From Candidatus Levybacteria bacterium CG2_30_37_29 (lineage in GTDB: Bacteria > Patescibacteriota > Microgenomatia > Levybacterales > GWA1-39-11), in contig MNYS01000002.1 of assembly GCA_001873215.1 (NCBI GenBank), positions 92,395 to 156,394 on the forward strand: a stretch of 64,000 nucleotides of DNA, given 5' to 3'. This document shows positions 40,994 through 51,391 of this stretch, piece by piece (positions within the stretch are counted from its first letter, which is position 1; each line of letters begins with the position of its first letter). The notes beneath the pieces are model-generated. The model did not search any database. It saw only the letters and a program-made list of their open reading frames with translations, and was not told the DNA's origin. The translations under genes were made by a program, and so were the position numbers.

Positions 40994-41857
40994 ATGAAAA
41001 TTTTTTTGATTGGAAAAAACGGACAATTAGGATTTTTTCTTGAAAAGACACTAAGGAATAATAAATTTCAAGTTTTTTCGTATGGTAGAGAGGATCTTGA
41101 TATAGAGAACTTTGAAAAAATAAAATCTGAAATAGAATCTAGATCGCCCGATGTAGTCATAAATGCTACTGCATATCATTTGGTGGAGCAATGCGAAGAA
41201 AATCCTGAAAAAGCTTTTATAGTTAATGCAGTTGCGGTTAGGAATTTAGCAAAAATATGCAAGGAGCGAAAAATAATTTTTGTAACCTACAGCACTGATT
41301 ATGTTTTTGACGGCTTGTTGGGTCATGCCTATGATGAAAACAATGAGCCCAACCCGCTGCAAGTATATGGGGTATCAAAGCTTTCCGGCGAATTCCTTAC
41401 AAGAAACTATTGTGATAAGAGTTTTGTCATTAGAACATGTGGCGTTTACGGTGGTAAGTTGGGGAGCAGGTCAAAAAAGGGGAATTTTATTTTAAACATT
41501 ATGAAGCAGGCACAAGGGAAAAAAACGCTTAAAATATCAAGCGAGCAAATTGTGAGTCCAACCTATGCACCGGATTTAGCGATTGGTACTCTTGAGCTTT
41601 TAAAGAAAATGCCTCCGTTTGGTGTCTATCACTTGGTAAATGATGGTACGTGTTCGTGGGCAGAGTTTGCAACTGAAGCATTCCGTAAGGCACATATTAA
41701 AACAAAAATAATTCCCATAGATAGAAAAGGTATGGTAGAATCAGTACGCAAGCCCTTATTTTCTGCTCTAAAAAATAAAAAAGCCGCAAAGATAGGAATA
41801 GTTCTGCCCCATTGGAAAGACGCGCTAGCGCGCTATATCAAGTATTTATCAGTCTAA
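40994..41857 (+). CDS. rfbD: dTDP-4-dehydrorhamnose reductase
   Basis: GKNGQLG, NATAY..V..CE, STDYVFDG, YGVSKL.GE, Q.VSPT, G.YHL, SWAEFA. True start is probably 40994. Confidence 0.9.
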   Translation: MKIFLIGKNGQLGFFLEKTLRNNKFQVFSYGREDLDIENFEKIKSEIESRSPDVVINATAYHLVEQCEENPEKAFIVNAVAVRNLAKICKERKIIFVTYSTDYVFDGLLGHAYDENNEPNPLQVYGVSKLSGEFLTRNYCDKSFVIRTCGVYGGKLGSRSKKGNFILNIMKQAQGKKTLKISSEQIVSPTYAPDLAIGTLELLKKMPPFGVYHLVNDGTCSWAEFATEAFRKAHIKTKIIPIDRKGMVESVRKPLFSALKNKKAAKIGIVLPHWKDALARYIKYLSV

Positions 41858-41865
41858 AATCCGTA

Positions 41866-42888
41866 ATGAAAGAACCGTTGGTATCAATAATTATCCTTAA
41901 TTGGAATGGAAAAAAATGGCTACAGCAATTGCTACCATCGCTGAAAAAAATTACCTATAAACCACTTGAGGTAATTGTTGTAAATAATGGTTCTACCGAC
42001 GACAGCGCAGAGTATATTAAGAAAAGTCATTCTTATATAAAGATACTTGAACTCAAAAAAAATGTTGGCTATGCGGGAGGGAATAATAGAGGTGTGAAAT
42101 CGGCGACAGGGAAGTATATTTTGTTAATGAATAATGATACGTTGGTAACAAATGACTTTGTTGCTCCTCTCGTCAAAGCGATGGAAAAAGATAATACAAT
42201 TGGCATGTTGCAGCCACAAATACGAAGTCTCATTGATAGAGATGCATTAGATTCGGTCGGTTCATATTTGACTAGTACTGGTTTTCTTTATCATTATGGT
42301 TATCTTAAATCCTACAAAGGAGAAAAATATCAAAAACAAATGCCCGTTTATTCGATAAAAGGTGCTTGTTTTATCATGAGGAAGAATGATTACATGCGTC
42401 TTGGCGGATTTGATGAGGATTTTATTTGCTATGTTGAAGAAACAGACTTTTGTCATAGAGTTTGGCTGAGCGGGAAGAAAGTATTTTATTTCCCGGATAG
42501 TTATATGTACCATTATGGGGGAGGAGATATGCGGGTTATGACCAAAGATGATTTAACAATGTTGAGATCTTTTCGCAATAGAATTTGGTCATATTGCAAA
42601 AACTTAAGTATATTAGAATTGATAAAAATTCTTCCTGTTCATATTTTGTTTTGTGAAGTATTTATTCTTTTTGCTCTTTTGACAGGGAAAGTGAGACACT
42701 CATTTGGAGCGCAGATGGGTATTCTTGCGTGTATACCGCTGCTCCCAAAAATCATAAAAAAACGTAAGATCATTCAGCAGCAAATTAGAAAAGTTGAAGA
42801 TAAAGATATTCTGCCCTTTATCTTTAGAAATCCGCGGATTTCTTATTATATTTATCTTTTCTCCAGTCTGAAAGGTTTTAAGGATTAA
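41866..42888 (+). CDS. GT2 glycosyltransferase (rhamnosyltransferase-like)
   Basis: VSIIILNWNG, N.GYAGGNN.G, MNND, GAC, GGFDE.F..Y.EETD.C.R. Confidence 0.9.
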   Translation: MKEPLVSIIILNWNGKKWLQQLLPSLKKITYKPLEVIVVNNGSTDDSAEYIKKSHSYIKILELKKNVGYAGGNNRGVKSATGKYILLMNNDTLVTNDFVAPLVKAMEKDNTIGMLQPQIRSLIDRDALDSVGSYLTSTGFLYHYGYLKSYKGEKYQKQMPVYSIKGACFIMRKNDYMRLGGFDEDFICYVEETDFCHRVWLSGKKVFYFPDSYMYHYGGGDMRVMTKDDLTMLRSFRNRIWSYCKNLSILELIKILPVHILFCEVFILFALLTGKVRHSFGAQMGILACIPLLPKIIKKRKIIQQQIRKVEDKDILPFIFRNPRISYYIYLFSSLKGFKD

Positions 42889-42900
42889 CAAAAAAATCAA

Positions 42901-45900
42901 ATGATGATTTTTAAAAATAAAACTATTCTTGCAGAATTACTATTCATTATATTGTTAAGCTTGATTCCTCTTCTTTGGTTTATACCCGATCATATGCTGA
43001 TTGGATTTGACTCGGGTTATCCGGTCGATTTTATTGGATATTTCCAGCAACGGACTTTTACTTGGTTAAGTTCTCAAAATTTTGGAGTGGATATATCAAG
43101 CCAAATGGGACAACTTCCCTTACACGCTTTGCAAGCTGTCGTCAGTGCTTTGGGTGTAGGTCAATACAATGTGCAAAAGGTGACATTTGTTTTTTGGTTT
43201 TTGCTGGTTTCTTTTTCAATGTATGCACTTATTTATTATCTTTATCCAAAGGCTTCATATTGGATTATTAGATTATTTGCAGTTGTATTATTTGCAGTAA
43301 ATTTTTATATCTTTTCATTTTGGATACAAGGGTCACAATCTGCCTTGGCATCTTATTCGCTAATCCCTCTAACAGCTTTAATTTTAATAAAATTTTTTAG
43401 AAAACAACTATCGCCATTAAGTGCTGCAGTATATTTATCACTTGCGGTACTTTTTTTAAATGCTGGAGGGGTTTACGGTATTCCTGTTTTGGGTTCTGCT
43501 ATAGCAACCGCTGTTACTATATTTATTTTTTTTATATTTCTTCAATCTAATGAAGGGTTTAAAATGTTTAAAAGAGTTTTTCTTATGCTTATTTTATTTA
43601 TCCTTATCGCAATTCCACTTAATAGCTTTTGGTTATTACCATTTTCCAGTTACTTTCAACAGCTCTATACGGCAAATCTTACACAAGTTGGTGGTGTTGA
43701 AGCAGCATTAGGATGGACAAATTTCATAAGTGAACACACTAGTTTTTTAAACCTTTTCCGTTTACAAGGAGATTTAAATTGGTATAACCATCCTGGTTTT
43801 TATTCAAATGCTTATTTAGAAAATCCTTTGCTTATATCTTTAAGTTTTATTTTCCCCGGATTAGCATATCTTGCGTATTTACTTGTAAAAAATGGGAATG
43901 AAAAAGTAATTGTTCTTTTATTCACGATGATTTCTTTTGTGGGATTATTTTTATCAGCGGGAACTCATGGACCTTTCGGATGGATTTATGGATTATTGTT
44001 GGAACATATACCAGGTTTTGCTGCCTTCAGGTCGCCGTATTATAAATTTATGCCTATTGTAGTATTCTCTTTTTCTATACTAGGTGGAATTACCCTTTAT
44101 TACCTTCTGAAACAAATTAGGTTTACCACTTTGCGGACCATTTTGGGGATTACGGCAATAATATTGTTAATGCTCTACCATTATCCAATTTATGATAAAG
44201 GCCAATTTGAATTTAACAAACCATTTTCTATGATGGTGAATATACCCGATTATGTATTAGACTATGCAAAATTTGAAAAGTCTGTGTCAAATGATTATAA
44301 AACCCTTGTTCTTCCGGCTATTAACTACAATTTTCCAATTAAGGCTTACACATGGTCTTACTGGAGTGTTTCGCCTCTTTTTACAGGTTTGTCAGACAAC
44401 GCCGTAGTTATGAATGATGCAGTGCTTCTTCCTGGAGAAAAAGCTTACATAAGGGAATTATATCAAGCTTTACGTGAGGGAAATATTGAAAGAGCAAAAG
44501 CTATTGCAAAGAAAATAAACATTAAGTATTTATTATTGACTGAAGATATAACTCCGGAATATCATACAGCGCCAACAGAAGAGCCAAAATTTTATAAAAA
44601 TATTTTAGAAAAAAATTCTGATTCTTTTCGAGTTGTTTGGAAAAACGGTCCATGGAATCTTTATGAAATACGATCAGAAATTACCCCTAAATTATATACA
44701 GTTAATTCGGTGGACTTATATCAAGGAGTAAATGAAAATAGTTATAAATTGCAATCAAGATTTAATCATGATTTTGTTTTAGAACAAGATCTTACAGATG
44801 CCAATCATACACAACTTTTAACTAAACTTCCAATTAACTCAAGAATAAGAAGTCTTACTTGTGTCTCTTGTATAGTTTTGGAAGATAATTCTAAAGTTGT
44901 AAATCTACAAAGGCCAAATGTTTTACCAAGCTCATTTTTGTATAAATATAAACATAGTTCTATAAATTTAGATAGTTCTGATCAAAGTTTAGAGCAAAAT
45001 TTGAAAATATCATTAGCAAAAGCTGGAGAAATAAGTGCAATAAAAGATATTGAAAAAGAAAAAATAGAAAGAGAAGTTTGGCTTCCCTCAATTATAACTT
45101 TGACAAAAGCTTGGGAAAACATAAACAATCTTACAAAAAGTAAAGTAAATAATTTGGATAATTTTAATGAATTGTATATAACCTACTTACATAATCAGAT
45201 AGAAAAAAACGATGTTGCTACCGTATACAGAGGTCTTAAATTGGATGAAAATGATACATTGATGCAAGCACTAGCGAAAAGTATCGAGGAAATGGATAAG
45301 GTTGAGAAATTATTAGACAAAGATATTAATCGTTATGAATGGAAGAGAATTTTTATGTATGATTTGGGAGATATTCAAGGGTCAGAAATAGTGTTGGATA
45401 CGCAGAGTATTCCTCTAGACAATAATAATGATGCAATATATCCCAGCGTATTCACAAGCACCAGTTCTTCTGCTGCCTCTCCAAAGTCAGTTGATGCTAC
45501 TGGAATAGTTCAAGGATTGGGAAAAAACTTAGATTCGAAGATATTCTTAGAATTTAAAGATTTTTCTAACTCGCTCGGAGAGGTTCGTACCATTCTCATT
45601 GATTTCCCCTCAAAAAAGGAAGAATGCCTTTACGCACCAATACAAAATTATTCATGGGATAAGAAATATGTAATAGGAGGAAAACTCGCAGAAGATTTGA
45701 AAGGCATTCCAATTGATGAGTTGTCTGTGTATACAAAAACAATACGTGGGACTTTCATGACTAAAGATTTACAAACAAAGAATAATTATTATTTTCAATC
45801 TGATGTTACTTTCCCAATGGAAAATCTTGATAAAAATGGTTTTACTTTTCTATTTTCTGGTTTCCAGAATGATAAAAACGCTACGGTTTATTTTTGCGGT

Positions 45901-46350
45901 CCTGAAAAAAGTAATCCTGAAGAAATCTTTACGAATTTGTATGTCCAGACACCGACTGTCCCAATAGTATATGCATATGACAAGAAATCTAGTGCACAGG
46001 AAAATCCGCCCAAAATATCATTTAAACAAATTGACCCGACCAAATATGAAATTGCGATATCCGATGCAAAAGGTCCTTTTATTCTTGGTTTTCTTGAGCG
46101 CTATTCATCTAACTGGGAAATTAAATTTAAAGATAGCGGCCAAGAGATCAATGATCATTTTATGCTTAATGGTTTTGCTAACGGTTGGTTAATTGATAAA
46201 AAAGGTTCATACTCTCTCATTATTGATTTTTATCCGCAAAAGCTTTTTGTAATTGGATCAATAATTAGTATAACTAGTTTTTGTTTAGTAGTACTACTCT
46301 TAGTGTATAAGCTATTTAGGAGAAATTCAAAAAATAATGCCAAAATTTAA
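42901..46350 (+). CDS. Large GT-C membrane protein (AftD/DUF3367-like N-terminus, ~650-aa extracytoplasmic region, C-terminal TM)
   Basis: About 12 N-terminal TMs with GFDSG, AFRSPYYKF and IPDY. C-terminal DPTKY, HFMLNGFANGW and YPQ motifs precede a final TM. Confidence 0.72.
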   Translation: MMIFKNKTILAELLFIILLSLIPLLWFIPDHMLIGFDSGYPVDFIGYFQQRTFTWLSSQNFGVDISSQMGQLPLHALQAVVSALGVGQYNVQKVTFVFWFLLVSFSMYALIYYLYPKASYWIIRLFAVVLFAVNFYIFSFWIQGSQSALASYSLIPLTALILIKFFRKQLSPLSAAVYLSLAVLFLNAGGVYGIPVLGSAIATAVTIFIFFIFLQSNEGFKMFKRVFLMLILFILIAIPLNSFWLLPFSSYFQQLYTANLTQVGGVEAALGWTNFISEHTSFLNLFRLQGDLNWYNHPGFYSNAYLENPLLISLSFIFPGLAYLAYLLVKNGNEKVIVLLFTMISFVGLFLSAGTHGPFGWIYGLLLEHIPGFAAFRSPYYKFMPIVVFSFSILGGITLYYLLKQIRFTTLRTILGITAIILLMLYHYPIYDKGQFEFNKPFSMMVNIPDYVLDYAKFEKSVSNDYKTLVLPAINYNFPIKAYTWSYWSVSPLFTGLSDNAVVMNDAVLLPGEKAYIRELYQALREGNIERAKAIAKKINIKYLLLTEDITPEYHTAPTEEPKFYKNILEKNSDSFRVVWKNGPWNLYEIRSEITPKLYTVNSVDLYQGVNENSYKLQSRFNHDFVLEQDLTDANHTQLLTKLPINSRIRSLTCVSCIVLEDNSKVVNLQRPNVLPSSFLYKYKHSSINLDSSDQSLEQNLKISLAKAGEISAIKDIEKEKIEREVWLPSIITLTKAWENINNLTKSKVNNLDNFNELYITYLHNQIEKNDVATVYRGLKLDENDTLMQALAKSIEEMDKVEKLLDKDINRYEWKRIFMYDLGDIQGSEIVLDTQSIPLDNNNDAIYPSVFTSTSSSAASPKSVDATGIVQGLGKNLDSKIFLEFKDFSNSLGEVRTILIDFPSKKEECLYAPIQNYSWDKKYVIGGKLAEDLKGIPIDELSVYTKTIRGTFMTKDLQTKNNYYFQSDVTFPMENLDKNGFTFLFSGFQNDKNATVYFCGPEKSNPEEIFTNLYVQTPTVPIVYAYDKKSSAQENPPKISFKQIDPTKYEIAISDAKGPFILGFLERYSSNWEIKFKDSGQEINDHFMLNGFANGWLIDKKGSYSLIIDFYPQKLFVIGSIISITSFCLVVLLLVYKLFRRNSKNNAKI

Positions 46351-46720
46351 AGATCGTTATAAATTAGATATTCTTTTATTTGATTACTGTAAAAATTATT
46401 TTTTACAGCATCGTTATAAAATTTATGGATTACTGTTGTTATTGATAGGTTCACTTAACCTTATCCAACTTCCATATTTCAATCTCATTTTTACTTATGT
46501 CACAGTATTTTTGTTTATTGCATTATACGGAGCAATAGTTCTCAGAATAAACGGGAAGATTTATATTATTTTAGGTTTATTTTTGTTAGTGATTGCACTA
46601 ACATTTGTATTAATCAGTCAAGCAAAAATTGCACAAGAAATAGGTGATTGTATTTATATCCTTTTTGTTCTTGGTACATTCAGTTTGCTAATTGACATTC
46701 GAAAGCAAAAAACGTCATGA
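46337..46720 (+). CDS. Small integral membrane protein (about 4 TM), unknown function
   Basis: Hydrophobic ORF overlapping both neighbours. Confidence 0.7.
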   Translation: MPKFKDRYKLDILLFDYCKNYFLQHRYKIYGLLLLLIGSLNLIQLPYFNLIFTYVTVFLFIALYGAIVLRINGKIYIILGLFLLVIALTFVLISQAKIAQEIGDCIYILFVLGTFSLLIDIRKQKTS

Positions 46721-47322
46721 AGTTATTAATAAATAAAATAAAAAGAAGCGGTATAATTGATACTATTTTTTTCGCTATCATAACCGTGTGGCAAGTATTT
46801 TTATCAAAAGGGAGAGTTATTAGCCTCCAAATGAGAGGGTATAAAATCGATTTAAATGTTCGTCTCCACAAGGATATTATTTTTTTCCAAAATAAAAAAC
46901 ATCATGTGACTATCAATGCTCTTTCAGATATTGGATCAGGAGTTAGAATAAAAACTGGTTTTGGTGGCAAAATTATTATTGGAAAAAATGTTCTCATTGA
47001 TGATTATTCATTTATCAGCGCACAGGAATCTATAAAGATTGGCGATGATACAATGATTGCAGCAAATGTATATATTGTTGATTTTGATCATAAGTACCCA
47101 TTAACAAAATATAGAAAATTTTCAGGAAAGAAAGAGGGATATAATAGAGCACCAATTGTTATTGGCAAGGGAGTATGGATAGGAACACATGCTATCATTC
47201 TTCCTGGAGTAACAATTGGCGATGGAGCGGTAATTGGCGCAGGAGCAATTGTTACGAAAAGTGTCCCTTCTTTCTCGGTAGCAGTTGGTAATCCGGCAAA
47301 AGTAATAAAGCGAATTAAATAA
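46717..47322 (+). CDS. Hexapeptide-repeat (LbH) acyltransferase
   Basis: IGKNVLI, IGDDTMIA, VDFDH, IGKGVWIG, LPGVTIGDGAVIGAGAIVTK, GNPAK. Confidence 0.9.
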   Translation: MKLLINKIKRSGIIDTIFFAIITVWQVFLSKGRVISLQMRGYKIDLNVRLHKDIIFFQNKKHHVTINALSDIGSGVRIKTGFGGKIIIGKNVLIDDYSFISAQESIKIGDDTMIAANVYIVDFDHKYPLTKYRKFSGKKEGYNRAPIVIGKGVWIGTHAIILPGVTIGDGAVIGAGAIVTKSVPSFSVAVGNPAKVIKRIK

Positions 47323-47363
47323 CATGAAGAAATTCGTCAACAGGAATTAGAAAGTAATTAAAT

Positions 47364-47720
47364 ATGTACAATTTGTTCGGTGGAGATTTTCGATTTTTTT
47401 GGCCGGAGAATATTGGTGAGTTTGTACACCTACCCTCTGCGTGGGATTCCATTTTAAATACTGGAATTGGCACATCATACATAAGCTTATTATGGATTAA
47501 CACCTATCTTTCTCTTACTGCTTTGACGAGTAAGCTTGGATTATCATGGAGTACTATTAGTATTATGTTTTGGATACTACCTGTATTCATCTTTTCTTTT
47601 TCTTTTACCTTTCTTCTTTTTGCGTACCTTTTCCCTCGCTATAAAATTTATGGGCTGTTAGCAGGTATTATTTATGCAGCAAATACCTATATTTTTATGG
47701 TGGTTTTGGGTATTTTATAA
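47364..47720 (+). pseudogene. 5' fragment of a GT-C gene paralogous to 47847..49910
   Basis: GGDF..PE..LPSAW..NTGIG and YAANTYIFMV match TGDW..PQ..YPYSW..NGLG and FTANTYILMV of the next gene. Stops at 118 aa. Confidence 0.7.
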
Positions 47721-47857
47721 ATAAAGATTTGATGTTGGAAACATTGAAAAAAAACAATTTGGACAATAGTATTGTAATTACACTGGAATACAACCAGGAA
47801 GATTTTACTGTGAGTGATATATCGGAAACATTTAGAAAAGAATTAAATGCGAAATAA
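47696..47857 (+). pseudogene. Orphan 3' fragment of a gene, out of frame with the 47364 fragment
   Basis: Open frame YGGFGYFINKDLMLETLKKNNLDNSIVITLEYNQEDFTVSDISETFRKELNAK*. Its end overlaps ATG 47847, as intact genes in this operon do. Confidence 0.5.
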
Positions 47858-49910
47858 AAATTTAATATACTTTGCGTTTTTAATTGTTATTTTTATTATT
47901 TTTAAAGCGTGGTTTCTGCCATTATCACTTTCAACCGGTGATTGGGGATATAGATTTCCCCAAACTATTCAACATTTTTTTATATACCCTTATTCTTGGA
48001 ATTCAGGTTTTAGTAACGGGCTCGGTGGGAATGACATTTTTTTACTCGCTTTAAATACTTATTTTTCAGCAACAACATCAATTTTTTTCAATTATCTGCA
48101 TATTCCATGGGTAATAATAGAAAAGCTTATTTGGTTTTGGCCATATCTTGCTGTATCAATCTTGGGTTCATTTTTCTTATTCAAAAAAGTAGTAAAAGGC
48201 GAAGATCATTTCGCACTTTTTTCATCTTTAATTTTTACAGCGAATACTTATATCTTAATGGTTGCGGGTGGCGGACAAGTAGGTGTTGCAATGGGTTATG
48301 CAATGACACCATTCGTTTTGTTGTCGTTTTTAAATATCTTAGAAAACCTGCAAGTAAAAGCCGTGACAGTAAGAGAGTCTATTCTTGCCGGAGTCATATT
48401 CTCAATTCAATTATTGTTTGATTTGCGGATTGCCTATATTTCGGTTTTTATCTTAGCTCTCTATTACTTAATTTTTTGTTTAAAGGAAGGTTTTAAACCG
48501 GCCAAAAAATTGTTAGTTAAATTTGCTATTATTCCGGCAGCTGTTACCGTACTACTTCATTTCTTATGGTTATTTCCATTTGCCATATTAAGGCAAAATC
48601 CGCTTGAAAATCTTGGGGATGCATTTTCGGGAAAAGGAATGGTTGAGTACTTAAGTTTTGCAAAATTTGAGAATTCAATCTCTCTTCTTCATCCAAATTG
48701 GTCTGAGAACATTTTTGGAAAAGTGTATTTTCTAAGACCCGAGTTTTTGATTTTACCGGTATTTGCATTTGCCGCATTATTATTTGTTAACAAATTAACT
48801 GACAAACAAGAGAAAAGACACATAATTTTCTTTGCGCTACTTGGTCTAATCGGCGCTTTTTTGGCAAAAGGAACAAATGACCCTTTTGGGCAGGCTTATG
48901 TATGGATGTTTCAAAAAATTCCCGGGTTTATGATGTTCCGCGATCCGACAAAGTGGTATTTGCTTGTTGCGCTTTCATATTCTCTTCTGATTCCGTATTT
49001 CTTACATGGCGTTACCGGTTTTATTAAGGAAAAAAAATATAAATTTATATCAAAAAATGCATACCTGGTTGTATCCCTTGTATTTGTTATTTTTTGGTCT
49101 TTTACAATAAGAGAAGCGGTTTTAGGACAGCTTAAAGGAACTTTTCAGACCAGGGACATTCCGCAAAGTTATGTGAGCCTTAATAAGCTATTAACAAGTA
49201 AAACTAATTTTTTCCGTACGGCTTGGGTTCCTGTAATTCATCAATTTAGCCCTTATACCTCTTATCGTCAAAGGATTTCTTTAAGTGATTTCTTTAATAC
49301 ATCCGATATTTCCGCATTGACCAAAAAATTGTCAGAAAATAGGACAAAGCTTATGCTTCAAAATGCCGGCGTAAGGTACGTTATCATTCCGGAAGATACG
49401 GATAGCAGAATTTTTCTAAAAGATAGAAAATATAGCGAAGAAGAATATCTTAAGACAGTTAACGCGTTAGAAAAAATCAGTTGGTTAGAGAAGACTAATG
49501 TATTTGGAAAAATTGTTGTATTTGAGGTATCGGATTACAAAGAGCACTTCTTTGTAGGGGGAGATGGTCCGATTGGGAAAATACAATACTTAAATATTAA
49601 TCCGACAAAATATACAGTTAAAATAACAAACGCAAAAAAGGGTGAAATACTTATCTTTTCAGAAAGTTACGATAAGGGATGGATGTTAAGAAATGTTCAA
49701 AATAATTACATTCAAAAAAGCCAAAAATACGAATTATTTAATAGTTTCTTTTTACCCGAAGGAAATAATTCTTTTATGGTTTATTATGCACCTCAAGGAC
49801 TTGTGGATAAAAGCTTTATTGTTAGTATAATCTCTTTTCTTTTTGTATTAATTTATTTGTTATTTCCGGTTTTAAAAAGATTTGCCCCGGGTGCTAAAAA
49901 ACAAATGTAA
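47847..49910 (+). CDS. GT-C membrane glycosyltransferase (AftD/YfhO-like)
   Basis: TGDW, NTY, GGGQ, LHPNW.EN.FGK, AKG...PFG, MFRDPTKW, NPTKY, SESYDKGW, terminal TM. Confidence 0.78.
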   Translation: MRNKNLIYFAFLIVIFIIFKAWFLPLSLSTGDWGYRFPQTIQHFFIYPYSWNSGFSNGLGGNDIFLLALNTYFSATTSIFFNYLHIPWVIIEKLIWFWPYLAVSILGSFFLFKKVVKGEDHFALFSSLIFTANTYILMVAGGGQVGVAMGYAMTPFVLLSFLNILENLQVKAVTVRESILAGVIFSIQLLFDLRIAYISVFILALYYLIFCLKEGFKPAKKLLVKFAIIPAAVTVLLHFLWLFPFAILRQNPLENLGDAFSGKGMVEYLSFAKFENSISLLHPNWSENIFGKVYFLRPEFLILPVFAFAALLFVNKLTDKQEKRHIIFFALLGLIGAFLAKGTNDPFGQAYVWMFQKIPGFMMFRDPTKWYLLVALSYSLLIPYFLHGVTGFIKEKKYKFISKNAYLVVSLVFVIFWSFTIREAVLGQLKGTFQTRDIPQSYVSLNKLLTSKTNFFRTAWVPVIHQFSPYTSYRQRISLSDFFNTSDISALTKKLSENRTKLMLQNAGVRYVIIPEDTDSRIFLKDRKYSEEEYLKTVNALEKISWLEKTNVFGKIVVFEVSDYKEHFFVGGDGPIGKIQYLNINPTKYTVKITNAKKGEILIFSESYDKGWMLRNVQNNYIQKSQKYELFNSFFLPEGNNSFMVYYAPQGLVDKSFIVSIISFLFVLIYLLFPVLKRFAPGAKKQM

Positions 49911-50006
49911 ATCAGGATATGGATAATTTCATAGCAGATTATAGCAAACAAAATATTATTTTTTGGTATACTTCTGTATGGAAAAATACAATTTAGATTG
50001 TTAATT

Positions 50007-51053
50007 ATGAAAAAAATTCTTGTTACAGGTTCTGCCGGACTTATAGGCTCTGAGTCGGTAAAGTTTTTCGTAAAAAAAGGATTTGAGGTGCACGGTATTG
50101 ATAACAATATGCGTATGTATTTTTTTGGGAAAGATGCGAGTACCGAATGGTCAAAAAAGCAATTAATAAAAGAGTTCAAGGACAGTTATCATCATCATCA
50201 TAATATTGATATCCGCGATTTTGAGAAATTACGGAAATTATTTAAAGAAAATATTTTTGATTTAATAATTCATACGGCAGCCCAGCCCTCCCACGATTGG
50301 GCAGTAAAGGAGCCTCTTACGGATTTTAGTATTAATGCCGTTGGCACACATAATTTATTGGAATTATACCGGCTATATTCTCCTGAGGCAGTTTTTATTT
50401 TTACTTCAACTAATAAAGTTTATGGAGATTCACCAAACAATTTGCCGTTAATTGAGAAAAAGACCAGATATGAATTACCTAAAACACACAAATTTTATAA
50501 AGGAATTAACGAATCAATGAGTATTGATAATTCAAAACACAGCATCTTTGGTGCGTCTAAGGTGGCAGCTGATGTAATGGTACAGGAGTATGGCAAATAC
50601 TTTGGATTAAAGACTGGTATTTTTAGAGGAGGATGTGTTACGGGTCCGGCTCATAGCGGCGCAAAGCTACATGGATTTCTTGCATATCTTATAAAATGTA
50701 TCAATTCTGATGTGGAATACACAATTTTTGGATACAAAGGGAAACAGGTTAGAGACAATATTCACTCTCATGACCTTGCAAATGCATTTTATCACTTCTA
50801 TAAGGCCCCCGGTAAAGGAGTAGTCTACAATATTGGTGGTTCACGGCATTCGAATATTTCAATTCTTGAAGCAGTCGGTAAAATAGAAAAAATTTTGAGA
50901 AAAAAAGCGAAGATAAAGTATAGCTCAAGCAATAGAATAGGTGACCATATATGGTATATTTCGGATATATCAAAATTTAGAAAGAATTATCCGAAATGGG
51001 AGTACGAATATGACAACGATAAGATAATTGAGGAGATTTGTCGCAATAATTAG
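50007..51053 (+). CDS. NAD-dependent epimerase (CDP-paratose 2-epimerase/RfbE-like SDR)
   Basis: [48 protein letters not shown]. Confidence 0.82.
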   Translation: MKKILVTGSAGLIGSESVKFFVKKGFEVHGIDNNMRMYFFGKDASTEWSKKQLIKEFKDSYHHHHNIDIRDFEKLRKLFKENIFDLIIHTAAQPSHDWAVKEPLTDFSINAVGTHNLLELYRLYSPEAVFIFTSTNKVYGDSPNNLPLIEKKTRYELPKTHKFYKGINESMSIDNSKHSIFGASKVAADVMVQEYGKYFGLKTGIFRGGCVTGPAHSGAKLHGFLAYLIKCINSDVEYTIFGYKGKQVRDNIHSHDLANAFYHFYKAPGKGVVYNIGGSRHSNISILEAVGKIEKILRKKAKIKYSSSNRIGDHIWYISDISKFRKNYPKWEYEYDNDKIIEEICRNN

Positions 51054-51108
51054 TTATTAAAAGTTAATAAATTATATAGTTTAAAATAGATAATTAGTTT
51101 TAGGGTCA

Positions 51109-51327
51109 ATGAAAATTCAAGACATATTATTTTTAATTACGCTTTTGGTCTTAATTTATAAAAAAGACAGCAGGATATTGATTGTTGCCGGAATTTTATG
51201 CTTGCTATTGGCTTTGCCCTTTTTTTCTTTCTGGATTTTCTTTACAGCACAGCGCTTAGTGTATTACGCCGCAGGATTTTTTCTTCTTGCCGTTTTGTTT
51301 CTTCTGGTTCAATCACGGGACAAATGA
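51109..51327 (+). CDS. Small membrane protein (about 3 TM), unknown function
   Basis: 72-aa hydrophobic ORF (MKIQD..FTAQRL) filling an intergenic gap. Confidence 0.7.
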   Translation: MKIQDILFLITLLVLIYKKDSRILIVAGILCLLLALPFFSFWIFFTAQRLVYYAAGFFLLAVLFLLVQSRDK

Positions 51328-51391
51328 AGTCAAACTTGATATAAAATGTACTATTGAAAAGTATTTTCTTTTCTTATATATTTATATCTCT

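Noticed and set aside
50190-50201. (CAT)4 encoding HHHH
   Set aside because: Short in-frame triplet run; at most a minor slippage event.
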